From Eledone cirrhosa (Eukaryota), in assembly GCA_964016885.1 (NCBI GenBank), contig OZ024741.1, forward strand, positions 304,606,001-304,670,000: 64,000 nt of DNA, given 5' to 3'. The notes under the pieces are model-generated. The model saw only the letters and a program-made list of their open reading frames with translations. It did no database searches and was not told where the DNA came from. Shown here piece after piece: positions 26,939 through 43,100 of this stretch. The position numbers and the translations under genes are program-made. The number at the start of each line of letters is the position of its first letter. Position 1 is the first letter of the stretch.

Positions 26939-27644
26939 TCTATCATAAAGGGAGACTATTCTGAGCTTTTTTTTAATTTTGTTTTCAGATATTTCTTTTG
27001 TGATAAACTATATTTACATAAATTATCATAAGTTTAACAATTTACAGAAAGAAAGTGATCAGAGGAAAAGAAAGAAAGAAAGAAAACAAAAAGCAGGAAA
27101 AGAAGAGTTGGAAGAAGACATGCACATTCAATTACATGCCTCAATAGGAGGCACTGGAGTTTCCCTTTGATAACTTTTGAAACAAGCCAACACACTCACA
27201 GCATTACTTAACAAGACATGCTGGAATAATCAAGCACCCTCACAAGCATGGCCTGATACAACAGATAGGTGAGCCACCAACAATGACAAAAACCTTTGTG
27301 TGAGTGGCCCAACTCCCCCAAACATCTCAAATGCCAATAGGTTAAAAGAAAAAGAAAGGATCTGATAGTCAAATCCGACCAAGGAAACAATGTTTCCATT
27401 GGTCTTTCAATGCTGATACTGTTTACTGGTCACAACTCCTGACAAAAAGAATGATATGAAATAAAGAATTTTGCTCAAGAACACAATAAGCCAGTACAGG
27501 AATCATTGAACAGTTGAAATTAGTATTATATATTTCGTTATTGCTTTTGTTTGGCAACATAATTAATTAAATAATTAACAACTATGCACAGCACAGTATA
27601 TATTAAGATATATCAGATAATTTTAACGCAACCCCTACTCTTAG

Positions 27645-29930
27645 GTGTCTCCAATCCTCCACCCCTGAGGCCAGCGCCAAGCGTTTGCGTGACCGCGTAA
27701 ACGCTAAACTTATCATGGGTGATGTCTCGGCCGCAATCAGAGTGGTTGTCTCAGAGGACACTGTCCTCCAACCTACCGAGGAGGTCTTGGCTGCCTGCGA
27801 CTCAAACACCCTGAGCCACCCGCTGATCTCCGACCCATACCCCAACCCGATCCCCACCTGCTCCTTGTGGCTTCCGATGCAGACATCATGTCTGCCATCA
27901 AGTCTTTCCGAGCTAGCAGTAGCGAAGGTGCTGATGGTCTCTGACCAGGCCACCTGAAGGAGTTGCTATCCCCTATCTCCGCTGAGGCGGGGTGCCGCCT
28001 TCAGAGTGCAATTGTGACACTCACCAGTAGGCTTATCCATGGCGCCCTGGATCCTCATGCCTGAGGCCTCTTCTTTTTAGCTAGCCTGACCGCTCTCAGG
28101 AAGAAAGAAGGTGGCATACGACCCATCGCTGTGGGCAATGTCTTCCGGAGGCTGGCTGCTAAGGTGGTCTGAACTGGGTGAGGAGTTCAGTCCGGTGCAC
28201 TGGGTGTCGGTGTGTCCGGTGGCTGTGAGGGGGCCACACATGCAACCACGCAGTTCTTCAATAGCTGCCCACCAGAACTGGCATCCAGGGACTCCAGGCA
28301 CCTCATTGTCAAGCTTGAAATGAGGAATGCCTTTAACTGCATACGCCGGGACCCTCTGCTCGATGCCTGCCTCAACCAAGCCCCCTCTGCCCTGTCATAT
28401 GGAGCCCCAAGCATGCTCCTTGCTGCTGACACAGTCATATCTTCGGCCACTGGGGTCCAACAGGGCGACCCTTTGGGCCCCCTCCTGTTTGCCCTTGGTA
28501 TAGACCACATTGCCTGGAGTATGACAGCCCCTCTCAACGTTTGGTACCTGGATGATGCTACACTGGGCAGGCCCATGGAGACTTTTTACCATGACCTTCA
28601 ATCAGTGGTTGGACGTACGGTCCATTCTCCACCAGGTACAGGTGACCCCTAAAGAGGATGTATTCATCCTCAGGTCACTGATCCACTCACCGGCCATCCA
28701 CTCCACTATCAGGTCCAGGCTCCAACAACTCCAGACCCTCACCAGCCGACTGGGCTTGATCGACGGCCACCCAGCTCTCTTCATGTTGAGGAACTACTTC
28801 GCCATGCCGCAGCTCCTCTACACCCTTCGCAGTGCTCCATGCTACAGCCATGCATCTCTCCTCACTGACCTCAATACTTGTATCCGAGCGGCAGCTGAGG
28901 AGATAGGCAACGTCAGGTTTGATGACATTGGATGGCAACAGGCCACTTTACCTGTCAGATATGGCGGCCTTGGCCTCCAGTCCCCGATCTTGCTGGCTTT
29001 GCTGGCGTTTCTTTCATGCCGCGTCCTCGTCAGCAGGGTTCTCCAAAACACAATAGAACCCTCTGTGTTCAGGGAACGTGAGGTCTCCTGTGAGACGTGG
29101 GACAGGCTGGGACTTAGCCCAGTAGACGTCCCTCCTCCTTCTCCCCCTGCTGACGTCAAGTCCCCCTCAAAGCATATGGGATGCCATCCAGTGCAGCCTA
29201 GCCTCAGACAGGCTCACACGCCAGCTCGACCAGCACCCGCCTTGCCTGTTTTCGTGCGGCCTCCAAACCTCACAATGGTGCCTGGCTCCATACCTAGCCA
29301 TCCTTCCCCACTAGCACACAGCTGAATAACGATAGCTGGATAACGATAGCCGACTTCAACTCCGGACCTGCGAGCCACATAAATGTTGCTGTGGATCCAC
29401 TGTGGACTCTTTCGAACTCCACTTGCTTTCGCCACCAGCCGCCTTCCATGCCATGCTGCCCTCACCGAGGTCATTAAGCATGGCTTAGACGCTGCAGGCT
29501 TCCCCTCCCAGCTCGAGCCAGTGGAGCTGGACTGAGGGGATGGCAAAAGGCCAGATGGTATGACCATCTTTCCGTTCCACGGTGGCAAACCCCTCGTCTG
29601 GGATGCCACTTGCAGCGACACTTCTCCAGCCACAACTTGGTGCAGTCTGCAACTGACCCAGGTCCTGCTGCATGTCGGGCTGAGGAGGCTAAACTCTCCA
29701 AGTACCAGTTGCCCTCTGACAGGTTCGCGGTCATGCCCTTGCCAATGGAGACTTCTGGTGTCCTTGGCCCTAGGGCTACCTCCCTACTCACTAGCATAGG
29801 CGCTGAGCTGGCCAGCCGCAGGTGTGAGCCTCACAAGTTGGAATCCCTTACCATCCTCCGAGGAAACACCTTCTCCATCCTGTCCGCCGGGGCTGTGGGG
29901 AGGCCATTTGCTCACCATACGAATTAATAG
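27645..29930 (+). mobile_element. CRE-clade non-LTR retrotransposon (RT + restriction-like endonuclease), 5'-truncated and degenerate
   Basis: GC-rich island encoding RPIAVGNVFRRLAAK, LGVGVSGGCEG, GVQQGDPLGPLLF, WYLDD and QATLPVRYGGLGL, plus RLE motifs KRPDG..WDATC and [14 protein letters not shown]. Confidence 0.85.
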
Positions 29931-30189
29931 GCAAAGTTATAAACTATTGTTTCTACCGGTTGGAAGTTGGTGTTACAGTTCTGTGGTTTTCAGTTTTCAC
30001 GAGATGTATTTTTAGATTAAAAATTATTGAAGACTGGGTTTTTAGATTTGCTTACATTGTCTTCTATTTATTATTACTTATATCATATATAATCAGAGAC
30101 GTAACTGGGGAAAATAACACTTATGGCAAGCAGTGAAATTGCACTCCTGCTCAGCTTGATAATAAAAAAAATACTATTTATTATTTGTT

Positions 30190-30415
30190 AGGGCGACGGA
30201 TTGACAGTATCGGTAGAGCGTCAGACATCATGCTTTGCAGCGTAGAGTTATGCCCCTTTGCGTTCTGAGTTCAAATCTGCTGAGGTTAGTTTTGCCTTTT
30301 GTCCTTATGGGGATGATAAAATAAAGTACCAGTAACGAACTGGGGTCGATTTCATCCACTTTCCCCTCCTCCCCAAACAATTACCGGCCTTGTGCCTATA
30401 GTAGAAACAATTACT
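30190..30415 (+). mobile_element. tRNA-derived SINE
   Basis: Same family as 5128-5314, with a longer head and tail. Confidence 0.8.
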
Positions 30416-30565
30416 TGTTAGTAAATCAGACAGAATTCTTTATACTCTTTACATTCTAAGTTCAAATACTGTTGAGGTCAGGTTTTCTTTTCATCCTTTC
30501 AAACTGATTAAATAAAGTACCAGTCATATACTGGGGTCAATGTAATCAGCTTTCCCCAATGCCTT

Positions 30566-30765
30566 NNNNNNNNNNNNNNNNNNNNNNNNNNNNNNNNNNN
30601 NNNNNNNNNNNNNNNNNNNNNNNNNNNNNNNNNNNNNNNNNNNNNNNNNNNNNNNNNNNNNNNNNNNNNNNNNNNNNNNNNNNNNNNNNNNNNNNNNNNN
30701 NNNNNNNNNNNNNNNNNNNNNNNNNNNNNNNNNNNNNNNNNNNNNNNNNNNNNNNNNNNNNNNNN
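30566..30765. other. Assembly gap (200 N)
   Basis: Run of N; the round length suggests a scaffolding placeholder of unknown true size. Confidence 0.99.
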
Positions 30766-30864
30766 TTCATAGAGAAAAACGTGTTGTTGTCAACAGAGGT
30801 AGTAGCTTCCTGAACCTTTTCCATCTTGTTCTTATTCCTACTATTCTCTCGAAGCAACCTCAAC

Positions 30865-31860
30865 CACTAGGTCACTGACCTAGGAAGTACAAGTTATCAA
30901 GTACTTCTATGGAACCTTTCTGGGATTGAAATAAGTTTGTTTTACTGATGCTCTTACTACTAACTACTTCTGTGCATCTGCCATCTACAAACTACCTTTT
31001 GTGTTGTCTGCCTGCTATCCTACTTTATCTATTGTGTACATCATATAGAATTTTTATCTGTCTTCTTTCCCATTTACTAAAACTTTGGTGTTTGCTAAGG
31101 TTACTTTAAGGTCTTCTAAGCGCCCTGTTGCCACAGCTGAAAATTCCTCTCTAGCTCTTCTACAGATTCAGCTATAAGAACCAAGTCATCAGCATAAGGA
31201 AGTTCCCATGGACAGCCAGTCTTAGATTTCTCTGTTTTGGGCCTGGAGAACTATGATAAACAAGAGTGGGTTGAGAGTGAAGCCCTGATGAACACCTACC
31301 TGCACATTAAATTCCTCACTAAACTGTTATACTGACAGCTCCTCTGTAGATGGCTTACACTGATCTCACAAGCCATTCTTCTACACTTAGTTTCATTAGA
31401 GACCACTAGATGACAGATTATAGTTCAATGTCTAAGGCCCTCTCCAAATCAGCAAAAGCTAGATACAGTGGCTTACACTTAGCTAGGAACTTGAATTTTC
31501 CCCTAATTAGCTGTTCTAAAACTTTCTGCCCCTTTCATAACTTGATCCATCAGTTTTATGCCTCTGTAGTTTCTCCTTTTTAGTGCATCACCTTTTCCCT
31601 TATAACAATTCATGAGTATATTTCTATGCCAGTCATTGGGTATTACTCTATCCTGAATTACCTCATTGACTATACATGTGACTAGTTCAGCTCCTACTTC
31701 CCTATATTTCAGTATCTCAGTGGCTATCTCTGACAGTCCAAAGGCTTTATCATTTTTCATTTTCTTGAATGCTTGCTTGACCCTATAACTGTCAACTTCC
31801 ATAGCTGGTCACTCTGTTGGGAGTAGTCTCTCTTCCTCCCACTCATTCTCAACATTCAGG
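30865..31860 (-). mobile_element. Degenerate RTE LINE RT fragment
   Basis: Encodes CYKGKGDALKRRNYRGIKLMDQV, VGVHQG and PYADDLVL. Confidence 0.88.
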
Positions 31861-31869
31861 TACAGACAT

Positions 31870-32172
31870 ATCTGTGTAGTTAAGGAGTTTGCTTCACGGT
31901 CATGTGATTCAGTTTCCGCTGCATGGCACCTTGGGTAAATGTTTTCTACTGTAACCTAGGGTTAACAAATGCCTCATGAGTGAAATTTGGCAGACAGAAA
32001 CTGCAGAAGCCTGTAATTGTGTGTGTGTGGGTTCAATAACCTAGCAGTTCAACATATAAGGATTAATAAGATAAGTACCTGACCTGAAAAGTACAGGGAG
32101 TCGATATAATCCACTAAAATCAAGGTGGTGTCCCACATGGCCACAGTCTAATGACTGAAATCAGCAAAGGAA
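31870..32172 (+). mobile_element. Second tRNA-derived SINE family
   Basis: Head gtgtagttaaggagtttgc, then ggcaccttgggtaaatg, an internal (GT)n and tail atggccacagtctaatgactgaaa. A related copy lies at about 10740-11000. Confidence 0.7.
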
Positions 32173-32481
32173 TATATATATATAATCTATGTGTGTGTGT
32201 GTGTATATATGCATCATGTGTATTATATATATATATATAACATATATTACACACACACATATAAATATATATATATATGAGCGAGACACGCTCACCCGAC
32301 CCAACTTGCCTCTAAATAGTACCCGTCTAACCCATACTAGCGTGGAAGATAGACGTTAATCAATGATGATGATAGATATATTGTATATATATAATAGATA
32401 CGATGCTACTAGTTAAGACCAATACGACCATTATTGAACTTAGCATTCCATACTTAAAGAAAGTAGAGTGTAGATATTGTT

Positions 32482-32574
32482 TTAGAATATAATGCCCGGC
32501 GGTCAAGCTTAAACCGTTTCGATGGTGAAACCATCGAAACGTTTTAAGCTTGACCATCGAGCATTATATCCTAA
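32482..32574. repeat. 93-bp palindrome built from the 3' half of a hammerhead-like motif
   Basis: Inverted arms around gatggt-gaa-accatc. Each arm reads GAAACG[G/T]-tttaagcttga-cc[g/a][c/t]c. Confidence 0.7.
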
Positions 32575-32588
32575 TATATATATATATA

Positions 32589-32790
32589 TCATCATCATCG
32601 TTTAACGTCCATATTACACGCTAGCATGGGTTTGGACGGGGGTTTTCCCACTTGAGGCAAGAGTGGTTGTCTTGCGCGCATAGGACCGTCTGGCGGGTTT
32701 TCTACGGCTGGATGCCCTTCCTAACACCAACCACATTTACAGTGTGGAACTGGGAGGTTTTTACCATGTTACCTACACGGCCACATTACA
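32589..32790 (-). mobile_element. RTE family Y 3' tail, short copy
   Basis: Homologous to 36975-37190; embedded in (TA)n. Confidence 0.8.
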
Positions 32791-36974
<4,184 letters not shown>

Positions 36975-37662
36975 TCATCATCATCATCATCATCAACGTT
37001 TAACGTCCGTGTTCCACGCTTGCATGGGTTTGGACGGGGGTAGTCCCACTTGAGGCAAGAGTGATTGTCTTGCTCGCATAGGACTGTCTGGCAGGTTTTC
37101 TACAGTTGGATGCCCTTCCTAACACCAACCACATTTACAGTATGGGTCTTGGAGGTTTTTACCGTGTTGCCTACACGGCCACATTACAGCGTGGACTGTG
37201 TGTTTTTTTGTCGTGACACCTACACGATCTCATTTGTTTCAGCCTCGATGGCGCGGCACCAACATAACTTTACATAGAACGGGGTGGTGTGGATCGGGTG
37301 GGGGTGGTGGTGGGTGGGACGGGTGTATTTTGTTAGAGATGCCTACTGGCTGGAGTAGGTTTTACTATATATTTAGGTAAGGCGGGTCTTCTCTGTTACT
37401 GAGTACCGCCAAAGGTCTCGGTCCAGTGACATTGTCTTGGAGAGGTGTAAGTGTGTGATGTCGGAGTTTATCAGCTCATCCCAGGTTTTTCTAGGTCTGC
37501 CTATTCCGTGACTACCGTCTATCTTTATTGCCCTGCACTTTGTTATACAGCTATCGACTTTCATGCGCATCACGTGTCCATACCAACGTAGCCTTCTCTC
37601 GAGTAAACAACATCTGATCCCTCTTATCTCTAATTTTTTCCTTAGTTCGTTTATGCTTTGCA
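36975..37662 (-). mobile_element. RTE LINE 3' end (family Y): ORF2 C-terminus + ~400-nt 3' UTR + (GAT)n tail
   Basis: Encodes [12 protein letters not shown]...GRPRKTWDE...EKTRLT-stop. A near-identical copy at 60310-60923 has a different 5' truncation. Confidence 0.9.
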
Positions 37663-37671
37663 TATACATAC

Positions 37672-37706
<35 letters not shown>

Positions 37707-37795
37707 CATATATATACATACATATATATATATACATATATATACATATATATATATACATATATATATATATGTATATACATATATATATATAT

Positions 37796-39941
37796 ATAAA
37801 TTGAAACAAAATGAAAACGAAATTTCATTCTCACTCTTAGTATGGCACTTACTTAAATGTAAGTATGCATGTATACGTACATACATATATGTATACAGAC
37901 GTACAGTAGCATGCACATATATATATATATATACATATATATACACATATGCATACAGGTACACATACATATATGCACGTATCAGTTTAGCGGCGCTAAC
38001 GTCGCTTTGTTCGTTTGTAAACAAACTGAACAGCCTGAATTTATGCCATACGGTGTTAAGGCAACCACGTCACCTTTTTGTTCAACACTGACACAGGAAC
38101 GATGTACTAGTTTCAAGCTTGTTAGCTATCATCAGCACCGTTTACCCATCTGCCAGATAGTTGAACGTTCGAAAGCATATACTTTCCTTATGAAAATTAA
38201 CGGCTGAGCAGCCTAATTTGCATATTGAGTGAGTTAAATCGGTCAGGCATACCGAAAACGATAAATTGAAACAAAATGAAAACGAAATTTCATTTCTCAC
38301 TCTTAGTATGGCACTTACTTAAATGTAAGTATGCATGTATACGTACATACATATATGTATACAGACGTACAGTAGCATGCACATATATATATATATATAC
38401 ATATATATACACATATGCATACAGGTACACATACATATATGCACGTATCAGTTTAGCGGCGCTAACGTCGCTTTGTTCGTTTGTAAACAAACTGAACAGC
38501 CTGAATTTATGCCATACGGTGTTAAGGCAACCACGTCACCTTTTTGTTCAACACTGACACAGGAACGATGTACTAGTTTCAAGCTTGTTAGCTATCATCA
38601 GCACCGTTTACCCATCTGCCAGATAGTTGAACGTTCGAAAGCATATACTTTCCTTATGAAAATTAACGGCTGAGCAGCCTAATTTGCATATTGAGTGAGT
38701 TAAATCGGTCAGGCATACCGAAAACGATAAATTGAAACAAAATGAAAACGAAATTTCATTTCTCACTCTTAGTATGGCACTTACTTAAATGTAAGTATGC
38801 ATGTATACGTACATACATATATGTATACAGACGTACAGTAGCATGCACATATATATATATATATATACATATATATACACATATGCATACAGGTACACAT
38901 ACATATATGCACGTATCAGTTTAGCGGCGCTAACGTCGCTTTGTTCGTTTGTAAACAAACTGAACAGCCTGAATTTATGCCATAACGGTGTTAAGGCAAC
39001 CACGTCACCTTTTTGTTCAACACTGACACAGGAACGATGTACTAGTTTCAAGCTTGTTAGCTATCATCAGCACCGTTTACCCATCTGCCAGATAGTTGAA
39101 CGTTCGAAAGCATATACTTTCCTTATGAAAATTAACGGCTGAGCAGCCTAATTTGCATATTGAGTGAGTTAAATCGGTCAGGCATACCGAAAACGATAAA
39201 TTGAAACAAAATGAAAACGAAATTTCATTTCTCACTCTTAGTATGGCACTTACTTAAATGTAAGTATGCCATGTATACGTACATACATATATGTATACAG
39301 ACGTACAGTAGCATGCACATATATATATATATATGACATATATATACACATATGCATACAGGTACACATACATATATGCACGTATCAGTTTAGCGGCGCT
39401 AACGTCGCTTTGTTCGTTTGTAAACAAACTGAACAGCCTGAATTTATGCCATACGGTGTTAAGGCAACCACGTCACCTTTTTGTTCAACACTGACACAGG
39501 AACGATGTACTAGTTTCAAGCTTGTTAGCTATCATCAGCACCGTTTACCCATCTGCCAGATAGTTGAACGTTCGAAAGCATATACTTTCCTTATGAAAAT
39601 TAACGGCTGAGCAGCCTAATTTGCATATTGAGTGAGTTAAATCGGTCAGGCATACCGAAAACGATAAATTGAAACAAAATGAAAACGAAATTTCATTTCT
39701 CACTCTTAGTATGGCACTTACTTAAATGTAAGTATGCATGTATACGTACATACATATATGTATACAGACGTACAGTAGCATGCACATATATATATATATA
39801 TACATATATATACACATATGCATACAGGTACACATACATATATGCACGTATCAGTTTAGCGGCGCTAACGTCGCTTTGTTCGTTTGTAAACAAACTGAAC
39901 AGCCTGAATTTATGCCATACGGTGTTAAGGCAACCACGTCA
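37796..39941 (-). repeat. Hammerhead satellite/retrozyme array block A (4.6 units, inverted relative to B and C)
   Basis: ATAAAT unit cores at 37796, 38261, 38727, 39196 and 39664; a few 1-2-nt indels; 4 ribozyme copies on the minus strand. Confidence 0.93.
38089..38155 (-). ncRNA. Type I hammerhead ribozyme (first of 4 copies in M-Ras sense)
   Basis: Exact reverse complement of 40109-40175; predicted cleavage between 38105 and 38104. Confidence 0.85.
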
Positions 39942-40040
39942 TGTATATATGTAAATACTAAGAGTGAGAAATGAAATTTCGTTTTCATTTTGTTTCAATT
40001 TATCGTTTTCGGTATGCCTGACCGATTTAACTCACTCAAT

Positions 40041-40048
40041 ATGCAAAT
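40041..40048 (+). promoter_or_regulatory. Octamer ATGCAAAT (one per full repeat unit)
   Basis: Perfect POU octamer; a loosely PSE-like ACACCGTATGGCATAAA lies ~165 nt downstream (40208). Confidence 0.4.
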
Positions 40049-40108
40049 TAGGCTGCTCAGCCGTTAATTTTCATAAGGAAAGTATATGCTTTCGAACGTT
40101 CAACTATC

Positions 40109-40175
40109 TGGCAGATGGGTAAACGGTGCTGATGATAGCTAACAAGCTTGAAACTAGTACATCGTTCCTGTGTCA
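40109..40175 (+). ncRNA. Type I hammerhead ribozyme (representative of 31 plus-strand copies)
   Basis: aacggtg-CTGATGA(40129-40135)-t-agct-aaca-agct-t-GAAA(40150-40153)-ctag-TA-catcgtt. Helix I is 7 bp plus extensions ggg/cct and tggca/tgtca. GUA triplet at 40157-40159. Confidence 0.88.
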
Positions 40176-43100
40176 GTGTTGAACAAAAAGGTGACGTGGT
40201 TGCCTTAACACCGTATGGCATAAATTCAGGCTGTTCAGTTTGTTTACAAACGAACAAAGCGACGTTAGCGCCGCTAAACTGATACGTGCATATATGTATG
40301 TGTACCTGTATGCATATGTGTATATATATGTATATATATATATATATGTGCATGCTACTGTACGTCTGTATACATATATGTATGTACGTATACATGCATA
40401 CTTACATTTAAGTAAGTGCCATACTAAGAGTGAGAAATGAAATTTCGTTTTCATTTTGTTTCAATTTATCGTTTTCGGTATGCCTGACCGATTTAACTCA
40501 CTCAATATGCAAATTAGGCTGCTCAGCCGTTAATTTTCATAAGGAAAGTATATGCTTTCGAACGTTCAACTATCTGGCAGATGGGTAAACGGTGCTGATG
40601 ATAGCTAACAAGCTTGAAACTAGTACATCGTTCCTGTGTCAGTGTTGAACAAAAAGGTGACGTGGTTGCCTTAACACCGTATGGCATAAATTCAGGCTGT
40701 TCAGTTTGTTTACAAACGAACAAAGCGACGTTAGCGCCGCTAAACTGATACGTGCATATATGTATGTGTACCTGTATGCATATGTGTATATATATGTATA
40801 TATATATATATATGTGCATGCTACTGTACGTCTGTATACATATATGTATGTACGTATACATGCATACTTACATTTAAGTAAGTGCCATACTAAGAGTGAG
40901 AAATGAAATTTCGTTTTCATTTTGTTTCAATTTATCGTTTTCGGTATGCCTGACCGATTTAACTCACTCAATATGCAAATTAGGCTGCTCAGCCGTTAAT
41001 TTTCATAAGGAAAGTATATGCTTTCGAACGTTCAACTATCTGGCAGATGGGTAAACGGTGCTGATGATAGCTAACAAGCTTGAAACTAGTACATCGTTCC
41101 TGTGTCAGTGTTGAACAAAAAGGTGACGTGGTTGCCTTAACACCGTATGGCATAAATTCAGGCTGTTCAGTTTGTTTACAAACGAACAAAGCGACGTTAG
41201 CGCCGCTAAACTGATACGTGCATATATGTATGTGTACCTGTATGCATATGTGTATATATATGTATATATATATATATATGTGCATGCTACTGTACGTCTG
41301 TATACATATATGTATGTACGTATACATGCATACTTACATTTAAGTAAGTGCCATACTAAGAGTGAGAAATGAAATTTCGTTTTCATTTTGTTTCAATTTA
41401 TCGTTTTCGGTATGCCTGACCGATTTAACTCACTCAATATGCAAATTAGGCTGCTCAGCCGTTAATTTTCATAAGGAAAGTATATGCTTTCGAACGTTCA
41501 ACTATCTGGCAGATGGGTAAACGGTGCTGATGATAGCTAACAAGCTTGAAACTAGTACATCGTTCCTGTGTCAGTGTTGAACAAAAAGGTGACGTGGTTG
41601 CCTTAACACCGTATGGCATAAATTCAGGCTGTTCAGTTTGTTTACAAACGAACAAAGCGACGTTAGCGCCGCTAAACTGATACGTGCATATATGTATGTG
41701 TACCTGTATGCATATGTGTATATATATGTATATATATATATATATGTGCATGCTACTGTACGTCTGTATACATATATGTATGTACGTATACATGCATACT
41801 TACATTTAAGTAAGTGCCATACTAAGAGTGAGAAATGAAATTTCGTTTTCATTTTGTTTCAATTTATCGTTTTCGGTATGCCTGACCGATTTAACTCACT
41901 CAATATGCAAATTAGGCTGCTCAGCCGTTAATTTTCATAAGGAAAGTATATGCTTTCGAACGTTCAACTATCTGGCAGATGGGTAAACGGTGCTGATGAT
42001 AGCTAACAAGCTTGAAACTAGTACATCGTTCCTGTGTCAGTGTTGAACAAAAAGGTGACGTGGTTGCCTTAACACCGTATGGCATAAATTCAGGCTGTTC
42101 AGTTTGTTTACAAACGAACAAAGCGACGTTAGCGCCGCTAAACTGATACGTGCATATATGTATGTGTACCTGTATGCATATGTGTATATATATGTATATA
42201 TATATATATATGTGCATGCTACTGTACGTCTGTATACATATATGTATGTACGTATACATGCATACTTACATTTAAGTAAGTGCCATACTAAGAGTGAGAA
42301 ATGAAATTTCGTTTTCATTTTGTTTCAATTTATCGTTTTCGGTATGCCTGACCGATTTAACTCACTCAATATGCAAATTAGGCTGCTCAGCCGTTAATTT
42401 TCATAAGGAAAGTATATGCTTTCGAACGTTCAACTATCTGGCAGATGGGTAAACGGTGCTGATGATAGCTAACAAGCTTGAAACTAGTACATCGTTCCTG
42501 TGTCAGTGTTGAACAAAAAGGTGACGTGGTTGCCTTAACACCGTATGGCATAAATTCAGGCTGTTCAGTTTGTTTACAAACGAACAAAGCGACGTTAGCG
42601 CCGCTAAACTGATACGTGCATATATGTATGTGTACCTGTATGCATATGTGTATATATATGTATATATATATATATATGTGCATGCTACTGTACGTCTGTA
42701 TACATATATGTATGTACGTATACATGCATACTTACATTTAAGTAAGTGCCATACTAAGAGTGAGAAATGAAATTTCGTTTTCATTTTGTTTCAATTTATC
42801 GTTTTCGGTATGCCTGACCGATTTAACTCACTCAATATGCAAATTAGGCTGCTCAGCCGTTAATTTTCATAAGGAAAGTATATGCTTTCGAACGTTCAAC
42901 TATCTGGCAGATGGGTAAACGGTGCTGATGATAGCTAACAAGCTTGAAACTAGTACATCGTTCCTGTGTCAGTGTTGAACAAAAAGGTGACGTGGTTGCC
43001 TTAACACCGTATGGCATAAATTCAGGCTGTTCAGTTTGTTTACAAACGAACAAAGCGACGTTAGCGCCGCTAAACTGATACGTGCATATATGTATGTGTA

